Positions 12,950-26,878 of a stretch of 64,000 bases of DNA are shown here, piece after piece. The stretch is from positions 22,692,001 to 22,756,000 of the forward strand of contig OX597834.1 of the NCBI GenBank assembly GCA_951406725.2. The letters are read 5' to 3'. This DNA is from Octopus vulgaris (taxonomy: Eukaryota). How positions within the stretch are numbered: position 1 is the stretch's first letter; each line of letters begins with the position of its first letter. The notes beneath the pieces were generated by a model. It worked only from the letters and a program-made list of their open reading frames with translations. It was not told the DNA's origin and made no database searches. A program made the translations under genes and the position numbers.

Positions 12950-13143
12950 ATGAAGTGGTGCTGAAAAGTTCCTGACTTTGGGTAAAAGAAAATGAAAGAA
13001 GATCAGTTAATTATGATTTTATTCAACATATTCTCCCCTCAGACTCACACACTTATTGCAACAACCCTTCAGTTTTTCTAAGCCCTGTAAAAGAACTCAG
13101 AAGGTTGGGCCTTTAGCAATGCCCTTAAAGCACCACCCTTGTA
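12950..13143. mobile_element. Degenerate mariner-like MITE
   Basis: Imperfect TIRs TGAAGTGGTGCTGAAAAG / TAAAGCACCACCCTTG with TA flanks. Confidence 0.45.
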
Positions 13144-13467
13144 TATGCACACATAAATACACACACACACATACATATGAGCTTTTGCATCATCTAAACA
13201 TCACAAGACTTTGGTCAACCTCAAACAATGGTAGAAGATTGCTATAGTGTTTCCCAGCATTTGTGTAGGGGACGGGGCTTTATCGGTCTATATATGTCCC
13301 ATATTTCTTAAAATGGTTTATATACGTCACTATTGTGCTTTTATATAAACCCACTTTTTATATATAACATCTATCACATTCATTATATATATATTTTTTC
13401 ATATATGTACACATGACTGTCACAATGATCGCCATTCATATAAACACATTTGCATACATACATTCAT

Positions 13468-13503
<36 letters not shown>

Positions 13504-13817
13504 TATATATAAATATTAGTAGAGTTTTGATTTTGTGTTATTTTAGACTTTTCAAGCATCTGAAGTTAATTTAACAGCATTTTCACAAATACATCAATTT
13601 ACATTATTTTCTAAATACATAAATAAATAGAAATAAAAAAAAAATAGACAAAATAGACATCATGCAGAATACAACAGAAATTACAATAAACTTCACTCAC
13701 AAGACAGTCTGATGTGACGTACATTTTGAAATGTGTGGTTAAACTTTAGTCTGCTATTACTTTCTATTTTCAAGTATAACAAAATTACTTATCTTTCTTA
13801 TGAAAAATTACAGCCAA

Positions 13818-13853
<36 letters not shown>

Positions 13854-14300
13854 ATACACAAACACACACACACATGCACACACACTTTTATTCTTTTACA
13901 TATTTCAGTCATTAGACTGTGGTCATGCTGGAGCGCCACCTTAAAGGGTTTTAGTTGAAGAAATCAAGCCCAGGACTAATTCTTTGTAAGTTTGGTGGTT
14001 ACTGTATCGGTTTATTTTGCCAAACTGCTAAGTTACAGGGACATAAACACAACCAACATTGGTTGTCAAGCAATGGTGGGAGACAAATACAGACACAAAC
14101 ACACACACACACACATACATACATATATATGTATATATGACAGGCTTCTTTCAGTTTTCTATCTACCAAATCCACTCACAAGGCTTTGGTCAGCCTGAGG
14201 CTATAGTAGAAGACATTTACCCAAGGTGTCATGCAGTGGGACTGAGCCCAGAACCATGTGGTTGGGAAGTAAGCTTCTTACTCCACAGCCACAGTATGTG

Positions 14301-14379
<79 letters not shown>

Positions 14380-14620
14380 ATATATATATATATAAACTTT
14401 TTGATATTAAACCACCTGAGGTCACTCCTGGTTGTATGTAAGAAGATCAGAGTATTTTAACAGAAATATGGTAACAAAAAGGTTAACAAAAGAAATCATC
14501 ATTGTTACATCTTCAGATGGGAGCCATCATAAACAAGGTTGTCCATTTTCTAAATCTAGCTTCACCCCTTTTGGTAACAACTTGCCTGAGACTACCTCTT
14601 CTTCTATGATCATATTTTAA

Positions 14621-14840
14621 CCCTTTAATATTCAGAGTACTCCATCAAATTCAATGCTTTTTGATTCCCACTGTTTTGAAGTAATCATGCATTATCTTGT
14701 AGCTTTAAGATTTTGATGATGTGGTTGCTTATTTTTAGAATGACATTGTAGGGTAGGTGTGAAAGGCTGAATATGGCCAGCCTGAACATAAAACAAGTAG
14801 AATATTTGGGCCGGAAACGGCCGGTTTAAATACTAAAGGG
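14621..14840. mobile_element. piggyBac-like MITE family P1 (also 15190-15409, 51246-51473; fragments at about 26070-26245 and 27040-27165)
   Basis: TTAA|CCCTTTA...TAAAGGG|TTAA termini. Confidence 0.8.
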
Positions 14841-15800
14841 TTAAAGTGTCTAAATTAAAACCTTCCATCAAAATTTCATGTTAATTTTGTTAATTTACAT
14901 TCCAAAACACTAGCATCAGAAGGACAAAGTTAATTTGCTAAATTCTTCATTCTTTCCAAAAGTAACAAGAACAATGCAGTATAATTCAACAGAAATACAT
15001 CAACAAAAGAGTTAGGCCTGGCCTGGGGATAAACCACAACAGTAATGCTTATCACAGTTCTATTCTTCTATTTACCATTTCTATATTTATCTGCAACTGC
15101 CAGCTCCTCGTTCTATAATATAAATTTCCTATCTTGAAGTGATCTAAATTAAAACCTTCTTTTAAAGGAAGGTTTTAATTTCATTTTAACCCTTTAGCAT
15201 TCAAACCGGCCATATTCAGCCAAAATATTTAACCTGTTTTATATTGAAACTGACCAGATCTCGCCTCTCACCTCAGCCCTACCATGTCATTCTAAAACTA
15301 AAAAATCACATCACTGAAATCTCTAAACTACAAGATAATGCATGATTAATTCAAACCATTTTAAATAAACAAACATCACATTTGACAGAATAATCTGAAC
15401 ACTAAAGGGTTAACTCAGATTCCAATACAAACTTAATAACGACAATTATTTTAGTAAATTCCTTAATATTTTCCAAACAAACTAAAACAAAGTCTGTGTA
15501 TATCAACAGAAATTTGGTAACAAAGTGATGTAATTTATAACCTTTCATTGAACTTTCATTGTTATTTTTTGTTTTCAACCTCAGACTGACAATGAGAAAG
15601 TTATTTGACTAAATTTTTCAGTATTTTGAAAATTATTTGAAACAAAGGCAGTGTATTCCAACTGAAATGTGGTAACAAAAGGGTTAACACTCAGATTGAG
15701 AAGCAATTAAAAAACAGTAAAAAGAAAAAAAAGAACATCTGAGCAACAAATGTTTAGTTAAAAAAAAAAACAGTCAATACACAAAAAAGTCGATACTTAC

Positions 15801-15827
15801 TGATGCAGCCTTGAGTTTCAAATCCAC
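15801..15827 (-). other. Candidate 27-nt micro-exon of the same transcript
   Basis: Pyrimidine tract plus aaacaag| acceptor (less common AAG) and donor TCA|gtaagt. Reads VDLKLKAAS in phase 0. Confidence 0.4.
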
Positions 15828-18579
15828 CTTGTTTACAAAAAGACAAGATAAAGAAATCAATGTCATCACAATTGTTTCAAGTATTACGTTAATATTTAAA
15901 CGTTACATTGGTTTATGTAAGATCACAAAAAAAATCAATATACATTTTACCTTTTCCTGGTTTCGATCATTAGAATGAGGTCATGCCAGGGTGCAGCCTT
16001 GAAGGGTTTAGTCAAACAAACAAATCTCAGTGCTTATCTTTTTTTTTAAACCTGATACTTGGTCTGTCTGTTTTGTCGAATACCAAGTAACAAAAACAAA
16101 TTGATATTGGTGGTGGTGAGGAAGAAAACACAAACATACATACACACACAACAGGCTTCTTTTGGTGTCCATCTACCAAATCCACTCACAAGGATTTTGG
16201 TCAGCTCAGACTTTAGACGTCAAACCAGACTGAAGCCACTGATATAGAAAATATATTTTTTAAATGTTTAACTTCCTCTTTCATCATCTGGTCAAGCCTG
16301 CTTGGACATTTTCAACTCATGCACGCCATCCATCTCAGTCCTGCATTAGTTGAGAGCGGTCTTTGAGAAGGCATTCCATGTCCCTGCTAAGTAGATCGAC
16401 ATACATTCAGCTCAGGTAACCAATCTGCTTGAGTACAGAAATGCTTTGGCAACCATAGCAGTAGGTCACTCATCAACTCTTGTTTCTGAACACTGAGCCA
16501 CAGCCAAGACTACAGCAGAACATGTTCCTTGTTTCACTGTGTGGTGATCGATGCAGGACGAGTTTCTGAAGTTAATGCAAGTCTTGGAATGTTTGTGAAT
16601 GCCAGTCAAACTGATGGCTTTCCCAGACCAACATTCATAAAAATGTAACTTGTTTTGGGAATGGGAAGAAATCCAAAGACAAAGTACATTTATGTCTTGC
16701 ATTCCATTCCTTACTACCATCCTGCTTTCCAAACTTAGTGGCATTTCCACTCATTTCAGGGCTTCAAGATTTCACCATGCCCCAGGAAGGGTTGCTGATG
16801 GGTGCTATTGCTTTGCAGAAAGGCAACCTTCAGGACTGCTTACTGAGTATTCGCAGCTAACCTGTATATCTACAGGTCATTTCCCTGATCTACAAACTGG
16901 GGGCCCAATGGATTGGGGTTAGCATCACCACCTCTTTCATCAATAACATGCAAAATAAAAATGTATTATTTTGGAAATACGTGATGCTAAATGACAATAA
17001 ATGTTCATTGAATGTCTTCTCTGGCAGCTTTTTTCTTTTTTTTTTTCATACTTTCTATCAGCAACAGCATCACTTTCATGAACATCATCAGGTATTGTCA
17101 TCACTACCATCACTGCTACAGCTTTATAGCTTATGCAGAGGCAAGAAGATAGCACCAGGGAATTTTGTAGCAGTGTTATCTGAAGGAGGAAGTGTAGACA
17201 TAGCTGTCTGGTTAAGAAGTTCACTTTCCGATCACAGGATTTCAAGTTCAGTCCCAGTGTATGGTACTTTGGACACACACATGTCTTCTGTTATAGCACT
17301 GGAACCAACCAAAGCCTTGTAAGTGGGTTTAGAAGATGGAAACTGGGAGAAGTCTGTCGTATGCATGTGCACTTATGCATGTGAGTGAACCTTTGTTTGA
17401 AATCATGTGATGGTTGTAAACGAGCATCCCTGTCACACAAGTGATGCTGTTCATTTCCAGTTTTCTTCATCATCAACATCATCATCATTTAACGTCCGTT
17501 TTCCATGTTGGCATGGGTTGGACAGTGTGTCCAAGGTTGGCAAGCTGGTGAGGCTGCACTGGACTCCAGTCTAATTTAACATGGTTTCTACAGCTGGATG
17601 CCCTTCCTATCACCAAACACATTACAGAGTGTAGTGGGTGCTTTTATGTGACACTGCACGGGTGTTGTGTGAAAAACATGTCTGCCTATTAAGAAATATT
17701 ACCTTGCTTGGAAACAGGCAAGGGTTGGCAACAGGAAAGGCATCTGGCTGTAGAAAATCTACCTCAAAAGATTCCACCTGAACCATGCAAGCATGAAAAA
17801 AATGGACATTAAACAATGATAGTACACACATACACACAAATAAATATATAAAAATAAAGGTTTCAGGTTCAGTCCCACTGCATGGCACTTTGGGCAGGTG
17901 TCTTCCGCTATAGCCCCGAGTCGACCGAAGCTTTGTGATTGAATTCAGTAGGTGGAAGTTACTGCCGTGTGTGTATATGTGCGTGTAGGTGCTCGGTGCC
18001 TCTCCGAAAGAGAGAGAGGGAAACTTAATGTTCTGCTATCTCATCTATCTTTAACAGCATAAACAAAACTCAAACAAAATAATAAACAAACATAGGTCCA
18101 GATGTGGCTGTGTGGTAAGAAGTTTATTTCCCAACCACATGGTTCCCAGTTCAATCCCACTGCATAGCACCTTAGGCAGGTGTCTTTCACTATAGCCTCT
18201 AGCTTCAGGCTGATCAAACCTTGTCAGCAGATTTGACATGGAAACTGAAAGAGGCCCGCAGTATGCGTGTGTGTGTGTGTGAGTGAGTGTGTGCCTGTGT
18301 TTGTCCCCCCCACAACCATCCTTGACAACCAGTTTTTGTGTTTATGTGTCCATAACTTAGCGGTTCAGCAAAAGAGGCAGAGAGAATAAGTGTCAGGCTT
18401 AGAAAACAAAATAAATAAATAAATTGGTCGATTCATTCAAAGTAAAAATCCTTCAAGGTGGTGCTCCAGCATGGCCATAGTCTAATGACTGAAACAAGTA
18501 AAAGAAGATAAACAAATAACTAGCTTAAGTAAAACTTTCTGTCTAGAAAAATGAAAAACAAATAAGTGTGTACACTTAC

Positions 18580-18662
18580 CTGATAATTAAGACAGCTTCT
18601 AGTACAGGACTTCAATAAATCCTTGAGTATTAAGGCAAGGATTCCTTTTTGAGAGCACATTT
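18580..18662 (-). other. Candidate exon of an unidentified minus-strand transcript
   Basis: Acceptor cttctctattttctgtcag|AA and donor CAG|gtaagt. The only open frame reads MCSQKGILALILKDLLKSCTRSCLNYQ. Non-repeat sequence between two SINEs. Confidence 0.55.
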
Positions 18663-19789
18663 CTGACAGAAAATAGAGAAGTGATAAGGGTTTCGCGTGA
18701 AGAATTTTTGGAAAAAATTTTTGATACAGTCACAACATTTGAAAAGTGATTTTCATAAACTAACTATAAATTATATGAAAACAAAAATATCCTGTGAAAG
18801 CACTCACACAAAAGCTTCCTTCCATAAGGTCTGTGTTAATATCTTTGTTTTTGTTTTTTAATGGCTTTTTTACATAATTGATAATACCTAATTTAAAACC
18901 ATTTTACAAACTACATATATAGGCACAAGTGTGGCTGTGTGTTAAGAAGTTTGCTTCCCAACCACATGGTTGCAGGTTCAATCCCACAGTGTGACACCTT
19001 GGGCAAGTGTCTTCTACTATGGCCTCACACCAAACAAAGCCTTGTGAGTGGATTTAGTAGATGGAAACTGAAAGAAGCCTGTCATATATATGTGTGTGTG
19101 TGTGTGTCTTTGTGCTTGTGTTTTCTGCCACCAACACTTGACAACCAGGGTTGGTTTGTTTACATCCCCTGTAATTTAATAGTTCAGCAAAAGAGACTGC
19201 TACAATAAGTACTAGGCTTAAAATAAAGAGCATTGGGGTCTATTTGTTCAACTAAAACCTTTTCGAGGTGGTGCCCTAGCATGGCCACAGTCAAATGACT
19301 GAAGCAAGTAAAAAGATAAAAAGATGTGTGTGCGTGGGCGTATGTCTCAGGCCATTGAGTCTCACAAGTTGGCTATACCTATTTCTTTATTACCCACAAG
19401 GGGCTAAACACAGAGGAGACAAACAAGGACAGACATAGGTATTAAGTCGATTATATCGACCCCAGTGCGTAACTGGTACTTAATTTATCGATCCCGAAAG
19501 GATGAAAGGCAAAGTCGACCTCGGCGGAATTTGAACTCACAACGTAACAGCAGACGAAATACCACTAAGCATTTCGCCCAGCGTGCTAACGTTTCTGCCA
19601 GCTCGCCGCCTTTAAGGACCACATAGGCGCAAAACCAATGGTCACTCCCTGACCAACCATAACCAACAACCTTTAACAACCTACCGCAATGATAACAATG
19701 TTATTTTTTACTAAATTCTTTGTTATATTTAAAATAATTGGAAGAAACACAGAGCATCTCAAAATAAATACAGTAGCGAAAGGGTTAAG

Positions 19790-20370
19790 CTTCCAAATCC
19801 TTCTTTTCCAGATTGGTCTGCTTCTTGGCATCCTTCTGGCCTGAAGTCTAAAGTCACTGATGATTAGTCTATTCCAGGGGGATGCATTCTTCACCAGAGA
19901 GGGTCTTTGTATTTAGGAGCAACCATGCAACCTGCTGTCTATTGAGAATGTAATCGATCTGGCTAGCACAGTCACCTGATTGGTAGGTTATCAGGTGGCT
20001 GGCTGGCTTCCTCAAGTTGATGTTGCAGATCAATAGGCTATTTGCATCACAGAACTGCAGTAACCTTGTTCCCTCTTCATTTCGGGAACCAATTCTATGG
20101 CCCCCATGTTCACCATGGAAGATACCAGGCTGCCATCTGACATGCCCTTTGAAACCCCCAACCACGAAGATGAAATCATTGTCACTTGTCTTTGAGGTAG
20201 CCAGCAGAAGAATATCATAAAAGTGGTCCTTCTGTTCATTTGACAGGCCTTTTTTGTGGGGCATAGGCAGAGATAATTATTGCTATACTATTCTGCAAGA
20301 CTAGCCTGAGCTTAAGTATTCTGTCACGCATTCTGACAACCTCAATGACCTTCACTCATTTCTCTGCTTA
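19790..20370 (-). mobile_element. RTE-type LINE relic, APE endonuclease region (frameshifted)
   Basis: IISAYAPQ, VVGGFKGHV (GDFNGHV-like), GSRNEEGTRLLQFC, ITYQSG...SQIDYIL, LIISDF motifs. Confidence 0.85.
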
Positions 20371-21429
20371 TATATGTATGTGTGTGTGTGTGTGTTTTCT
20401 TTTCTGTTCTGTTTCATAAGAATAAACAAGTTTATGCCACACCTCAAGAGTCAATCAATACATAACACAAACACCTCACCCCCACCCACCACCTCTTCCT
20501 TTGTTGGGATTTTTTTTTCTTCTTTGTCCTTTTGGCTCCACTCCATTTTATAATCCAATTCCATTTTGATTGACATACATACAATTTTTATTATATTATC
20601 CCTGTTCCATTGTAGCATTCAAGCTTCTACACTCCCTGTTTTTAAAAGAGATGTGGGGAGAAAGGTAATATTTTCATAACTGTATCTGCCAGCCAAGAAT
20701 GTTACTGGTGGTGGTGGAAAAGGATAGGAAAAAATAACTGAAAAATTATGCTTTCAAGTTGTCAGTAAATAAATGCAACTTGACAAGACTTCAATAGAGA
20801 GGATGGACACATTCATGTATTTATATATCAAACAACAAACATCATTGTTCAATGCACCAACAGTTACAATGTGCCTCATCGAAGGAGAGGGGATCCATTA
20901 TGTAGTTACAACATGCTAGACATAACAGCCAAATTACCCTCAAATCAAATTACACCTTATTGTTTGAAAAAACAGAAAGATAAGTTTCTATAATGTATAC
21001 CTAGATGTATTTACAGCTGGAAAAAAAAGATTGGATGGCCATGGCTGGAGTGCCGTTAACTAGAGGTAAGCTCAAAAAAAAAAAAAGAACTGACTTGGGC
21101 TAAATGATAAGTGTTAAACCTACAAGGAAACCTCTACTAATTTCCCTTGAACTTACACCTTATCTTAAGGGGGAAGGACCTTGGATCATATGGTCCCAGA
21201 TACCTTTATAGAGATGGGATGATCACAGTTGGAATGCCTTTGATCATAGGTTTGTTCAATCAGACTTAGCTTAGGGTTAATAAGCACTCAATGAATGAAT
21301 TTATGCCATTATAATGAAACCATGTTACATTATGCAACAAGAAACAAATGACCTTCAGCATGGTGTTTACCTATTCATTGTCCTCCCTGCCGTGTTTTCA
21401 ATTATGCAGGCCATAACTTTTCTGCACAC

Positions 21430-21900
21430 TGTGTATGTGTGTGCATGCGTGTTCGTGTGTGTGTGTGTGTGTGTATGCTCAAGTGTACGTGTGTGTTTAT
21501 GTGTACATGTTCGCACACACGTGTGTCCCCAAGCGGGGGGTGGTATATGTGTGTGTCTGTATGTGCGCGCATTCATGTGTGTGTATGCTCATGTGTATGT
21601 GTGCATTTACATGTACATGTTCACGCACATGTGTGTCCATTGGGGGGAGTGTGTACATGGGTGTGTATAAGTCTGTGTGTGAGTAAGTCTGTGTGTGTGT
21701 GCATGTCTGTGTATGTGTATGTCTGTGTGTGTGTGTATGCATGCATATTTGTGTCTGTGTGTTCACATGTATTGTGTGTACGTGTTCGCACACACACAGA
21801 CGTGTGTGTGTCTCCATGTGGGAGGAGTGTGTACATGTGTGTGTGTGTGCATGTCTGTGTCTGAGTGTGTGTGCATGCGTGCGTGTATGTGTCAACACAC
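21430..21900. repeat. Degenerate (GT)n-rich low-complexity tract
   Basis: Directly visible; explains the Cys/Val and His/Thr ORFs. Confidence 0.9.
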
Positions 21901-24900
21901 TGCATTAAGCCAATGGCTTCAACGTTCTGTGTAGTTATTCCGTTTGCTGGAGATAAAAACCAAACCTCTTGCCACTTAAAAAATAGGAAGGACATATTGG
22001 GCAAGGTAGTCCCTGAGGTAACAAAAATAATAGCTTGGTCATTGTTGCAGCACTGCTGACCACGAGTCTCCTTGATAAGAACAGACCTGGAACTAAATAG
22101 CAATAACATCAGGTGAACCCTTTTGATATGAACCTGCTTGAGATCACCCCCTAGTTCTATGAATTAAAACTTTCTATCAAAATTTCTTGTTAATTTATAC
22201 TGCAAATGCCAGCTTAATAATGACAAAGTTATTCTATCATTAAATTCTTTGTTAATTTCAAAATTAATTGAAAAAGTTGTGTATTTTAACAGAAATATGG
22301 TAACAAAAGGGTTTAAATTGGAGTTGTTAAATGAATCCTTCTCAGCCTTTTACAGAGTGGTAAACATTTGGACTAGAGCTTTTGGTAACCTGCCTGCCAA
22401 CCTTTCTGAACCCTTTTCCTATCAACCATCTGAAACCACTCCTGGTTCTGTGATACAACATTCCTACTTTAAAAATAATCTAGGATAAAAACTAACATCA
22501 AAATTTCACCTCATGTTCCAAACACCATCTTAGTCTTCTCACTAGGAAATGCTGATATATTCACTCAAAATTTCATTATCCTTAACTCCAGAAAGCAGTT
22601 TTATATACCACTATCTTTTGTAGATGAATGCTATGTTTGAAACTATTTTCTGTTGAGATATGTTGAGTTTACTGACGCAACATGGCTTGCAGAAAATACC
22701 ATTCCTATTTTTGGTAGATATTTTAACACCATTACTAAAATAAGCAACAAAATTTACTTTCACAATAATAACTTCATAATTATCTTTCAAGAATAATTAA
22801 AACAAAGGCAATCTATTTCAACAGAAATAAGGTAACAAAAGGGTTAAGAAAATATTTAGAGCGTCATATAGTTTTACCAGTATATTCCATCGGCAAGAAA
22901 CTAACTCCCATTTATATTTGCTGAATGCAGGAGCAATATAAAACAGGATCCAAGGCAGCTGTTTTGGCAAGGTTTGTACTTTTTGGAAAAAGGGACACAA
23001 ACAGTATCATGAAATTGCTGTGGTGAGTGGAGTATATGTTTCAGACACAGTCCGTCTTCAATGTAAAGATGAGAGGAAAGAAATATAAAGAAAGACAACA
23101 GGGTTTTATATCCTCTGCTAGACTTTCTACCCAGTGTTGTCTGCTAAAGTATTCACAGAATTGTTTGCCAGTTTGTAGAACAGGAATTCATGGTACTTAG
23201 GGTTAAGCATGTATATATATTTAACCTAACTTCTGCTCTTATTTAATTGGAACTACCCAAACAATAGTATTCAGTTAACTTGAATAGAAGCTTCTTTTTT
23301 AACAATTTTTATCCTGAAAATCACTTGTTACTTTTGTTTTAAAGTGAAAGAGAGGAGAAAGTGAAAGATGTATGAAATCACATTCAGTTAAAAATATTTC
23401 TAAAATGATTAAAATATTGTTTACATCAATAAGTCGACATTTTTTTTTTCTTAGAAAGCACGAAGACCATGTCTGTGTATACGTCACAGATAGCAGACAT
23501 GTGTTTGTGTTGATTGACGTGCCATGACATTCATTAAATGTGTGTATATTCTTATAGGTGCGTATGTGCGTTGATGTCACAGAAGCCATGATTTTTTTTC
23601 CGTCAAACAAAATTGTGTTTAATCGTTTAAATAGAGGTCCAAATAACACAAAAATTGTACTGCACTGCCGAAGGTAAGTATGAAGATAAATATGCAAAGA
23701 AAATTAAGATAAAATATGCCATTTCTGAGGTATTTCAGGTACACACAAACATCTCTAGAGTTTTAGTATTATTGAGATGTTTGAGAGAAAAAAAAGCAGT
23801 GACGCTTTTATCAGGAATTGTGATCAGCACCCCCACCTAATTCTGTTGTCTTTTATTTCTCTCCCATCATCTTTACCCTGAAGAAGAATTCTGGCTGAAG
23901 TGTTGGATATTCTACTCCCCATGGCAAATACACATGTAAAATGTACATCTATACTGATTCAGGAGACGAAAGAATTGTTTGGGACAATCTTGATACAATA
24001 TGAAAGCAGAAAACTGTAGACAGAATTAATCACATAGGCTTCATACTTTTGCATGTAATACACACATATTAACCATTCAAAAACACACAAATTCTGTTAA
24101 ATTCAATTAAACATTCATTATTTGGTGTCAACATTTTTATTGCACAACCGTAACATGGTCACTGACAGGATTGCAACCAGAGTGCAGTTCAATAACAAAT
24201 ATTTGAAGTGAAGTTAAGAGTCTTTGTGTGTTTTAAATGGGTAATAATGTATTCTCCATGCAACAATTGCTTCTATTTTTATAATGAAAAATATCTGGTC
24301 CATCATTTAACATTTTATGGAAGACAACTCATAGTTTTATGTAAAATACCCCAAACCAGCTTAATAACAACAAAATGATTTTACTAAATTATTGGGAGAT
24401 TTTTCTTCTCTTGTTTTTTTTTAATTAACTGAATAATGATGATGATGATGATGATAATGATGGTGGTGGTGGTGGTGGTAGTGAAACACACACACATAGA
24501 GGTAGGGTGTATTTTGTTAAAAATATGACAAATATTTTTGTTAGAAATAAAATGCCGAAGAAAAAAAGCTTATTTAAAACAATGATGGGATGATAATAGC
24601 TTAAATGCTTTTTAATTAAAAGTCTGGTCTACCAGGGACTGATTCCGGGATGAAACAACAACAATATCAATAATATGTAATATTATGAAACACAATAGAA
24701 AAAGCAACAATTGATCGTGTGTAATACCTGCAAATGTGATGTGGTGGACAAATCAGAAAATGAAGATGAAGTTTATGAGAAAGTTTGTGTTAGAAGTCAT
24801 TCTTCAAAAAGGTGCAGAGCAGGTAACAGTGCATAACCAGAGTAGCCAGGTGTCATTGAACTGCAGCCATGCTGAAAGAAACAAAAGTGAGGTGAGATGG

Positions 24901-25256
24901 ATAAGTAGATACTAAGGCCAGCGAGGTTATGTGGAAGCATTGGTCAACAGAAATAAAAAAAACTACATATTCAGTGAAATCATACAAAACAAAAATAAAT
25001 ACAACATAATCAAGCACAGATGAAGCTGCCAGGTAAAGAAGCTGATATTCCCAGCCATGTGGTCTTGGGTTCAGTCCTACTGCACGACACCTTGGCCAAG
25101 TGGCTTCTATTGATGCCTTCTCCTGGGGTTTACCAAAGCCTTGTGGGTGAATGTGGCAGACTGGTACTGAAAGAAGAATGTATGTGTGTGTGTGTGCATG
25201 CGCGCACATGCATTTGTGCGTGTGTATGTGTTTGTGTGTGCATGCATACACATGTG

Positions 25257-25294
<38 letters not shown>

Positions 25295-26821
25295 TGTGTG
25301 CATGCATGCAATGTGCATTTATGTGTGTGTGTGTGTTTTTGTTTTGACATCATGTGTGTGATGGTTGTAAAAGAGCATCCGTGCCATACTAGCAATGTTG
25401 TCCATTGGGGAAACATTATCTTCCTTGGAGACGGGTTGAGGACTGCTGACAAGGAAAGTATCTTAGCCACAGGAAATCTAACTCCACAGAATTCCATTTG
25501 ACCTCTGCATGTAAGAGTGGATATTAAATAATGATCATGATGAGTGATGGTGGTGATGATGATGATGGTGATGACAATGTGATGATGATGATGGTGGTGG
25601 TGGTGGTGGTGATGATGATGAGTAATGGTGATGAGTGATGATGATGGTGATGACAATGTGATGATGATGATGGTCAAGGCGATGATTGATGAATTTCAAC
25701 AAAATTATACAAACAGAAATAACGACATATCAATGACTTTATATTTCCTTTTCTTTCTATTTTATTGCGGCAATAAATTATCTTTATTATTACACTCTCT
25801 GGTAATAATGAAGATTTATTTTTAGACTTTAAACAACATTGCCTCTCCAACATGTTTCTTTGTCATTTGAGAGTCTCTAACAGTTTCAATAAGCAAGATC
25901 ACTGCCGCCACTACCACCACCACCACCAAAACCACTTCAAGTCACATAAACAACTTCTTGTATGCAGACATTCATTGCTCTGAATCACAGGAAGACTAAA
26001 TGATCGACTTCGTCAAATACCAAACATAGAACAAAAGACAAATTACATGATATTCTTTGTGTCTTAACTCTTCGGCATTTTAAACCAGCCATATCAGGCC
26101 CAAAGATTCTGCTGGTTTTCTGTTCAAACTGGCCAAATCTGCCCTTCGCACCCACCCTTCAGTGTTAGTCTAAAAACAAACAGTAACAACATGGAAATCT
26201 TGAAGCTAAAAGATAATTCCTGATTAATTCAAAACAATGTGAATCAATCAATCAATCAATCATCATCATCATTTAACGTCTGCTTTCCATGCTGGCATGG
26301 GTTGGACGGTTTGACTGAGGCCTGGCAAGCCAGGAGGCTGCACCAGGCTCCAATCTGATCTGGCAAGGTTTCTACAGCTGGATACCCTTCCTAACACCAA
26401 CCACTTTGAGAGTGTAGTGGGTGCCTTTTATGTGCTACCGGCATGGGAGCCAGTCAGGCGGCACTGGCATCAGCCACGTTTAGTTGGTGCTTCTTACGTG
26501 CTACCGGTACAGGAGCCAGCCGGAGCAGGGTGGCTGGCAGCAACCATGTTCGAATGGTGCTTTCTGCATTATTTCCTAGATCTGAGATTTCAATGATATA
26601 CTCTTTTACTCTTTTATTTGTTTCAGTCATTTGACTGCGGCCATGCTGGAGCACCGTCTTTAGTCGAGCAACTCGACCCCGGGACTTATTCTTTGTAAGC
26701 CCAGTACTTATTCTATCGGTCTATTTTGCCGAACCGCTAAGTGATGGGGACATAAACACACCAGCATTGGTTGTCAAGCAATGCTAGAGGGACAAACACA
26801 GACACACAAACATACACGCAC

Positions 26822-26878
<57 letters not shown>

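Noticed and set aside
21314-22109. Many overlapping Cys/Val- and His/Thr-rich ORFs
   Set aside because: Translations of (GT)n/(CA)n low-complexity DNA; the same applies to the YIYI ORFs in (TA)n and to 24853-25677.
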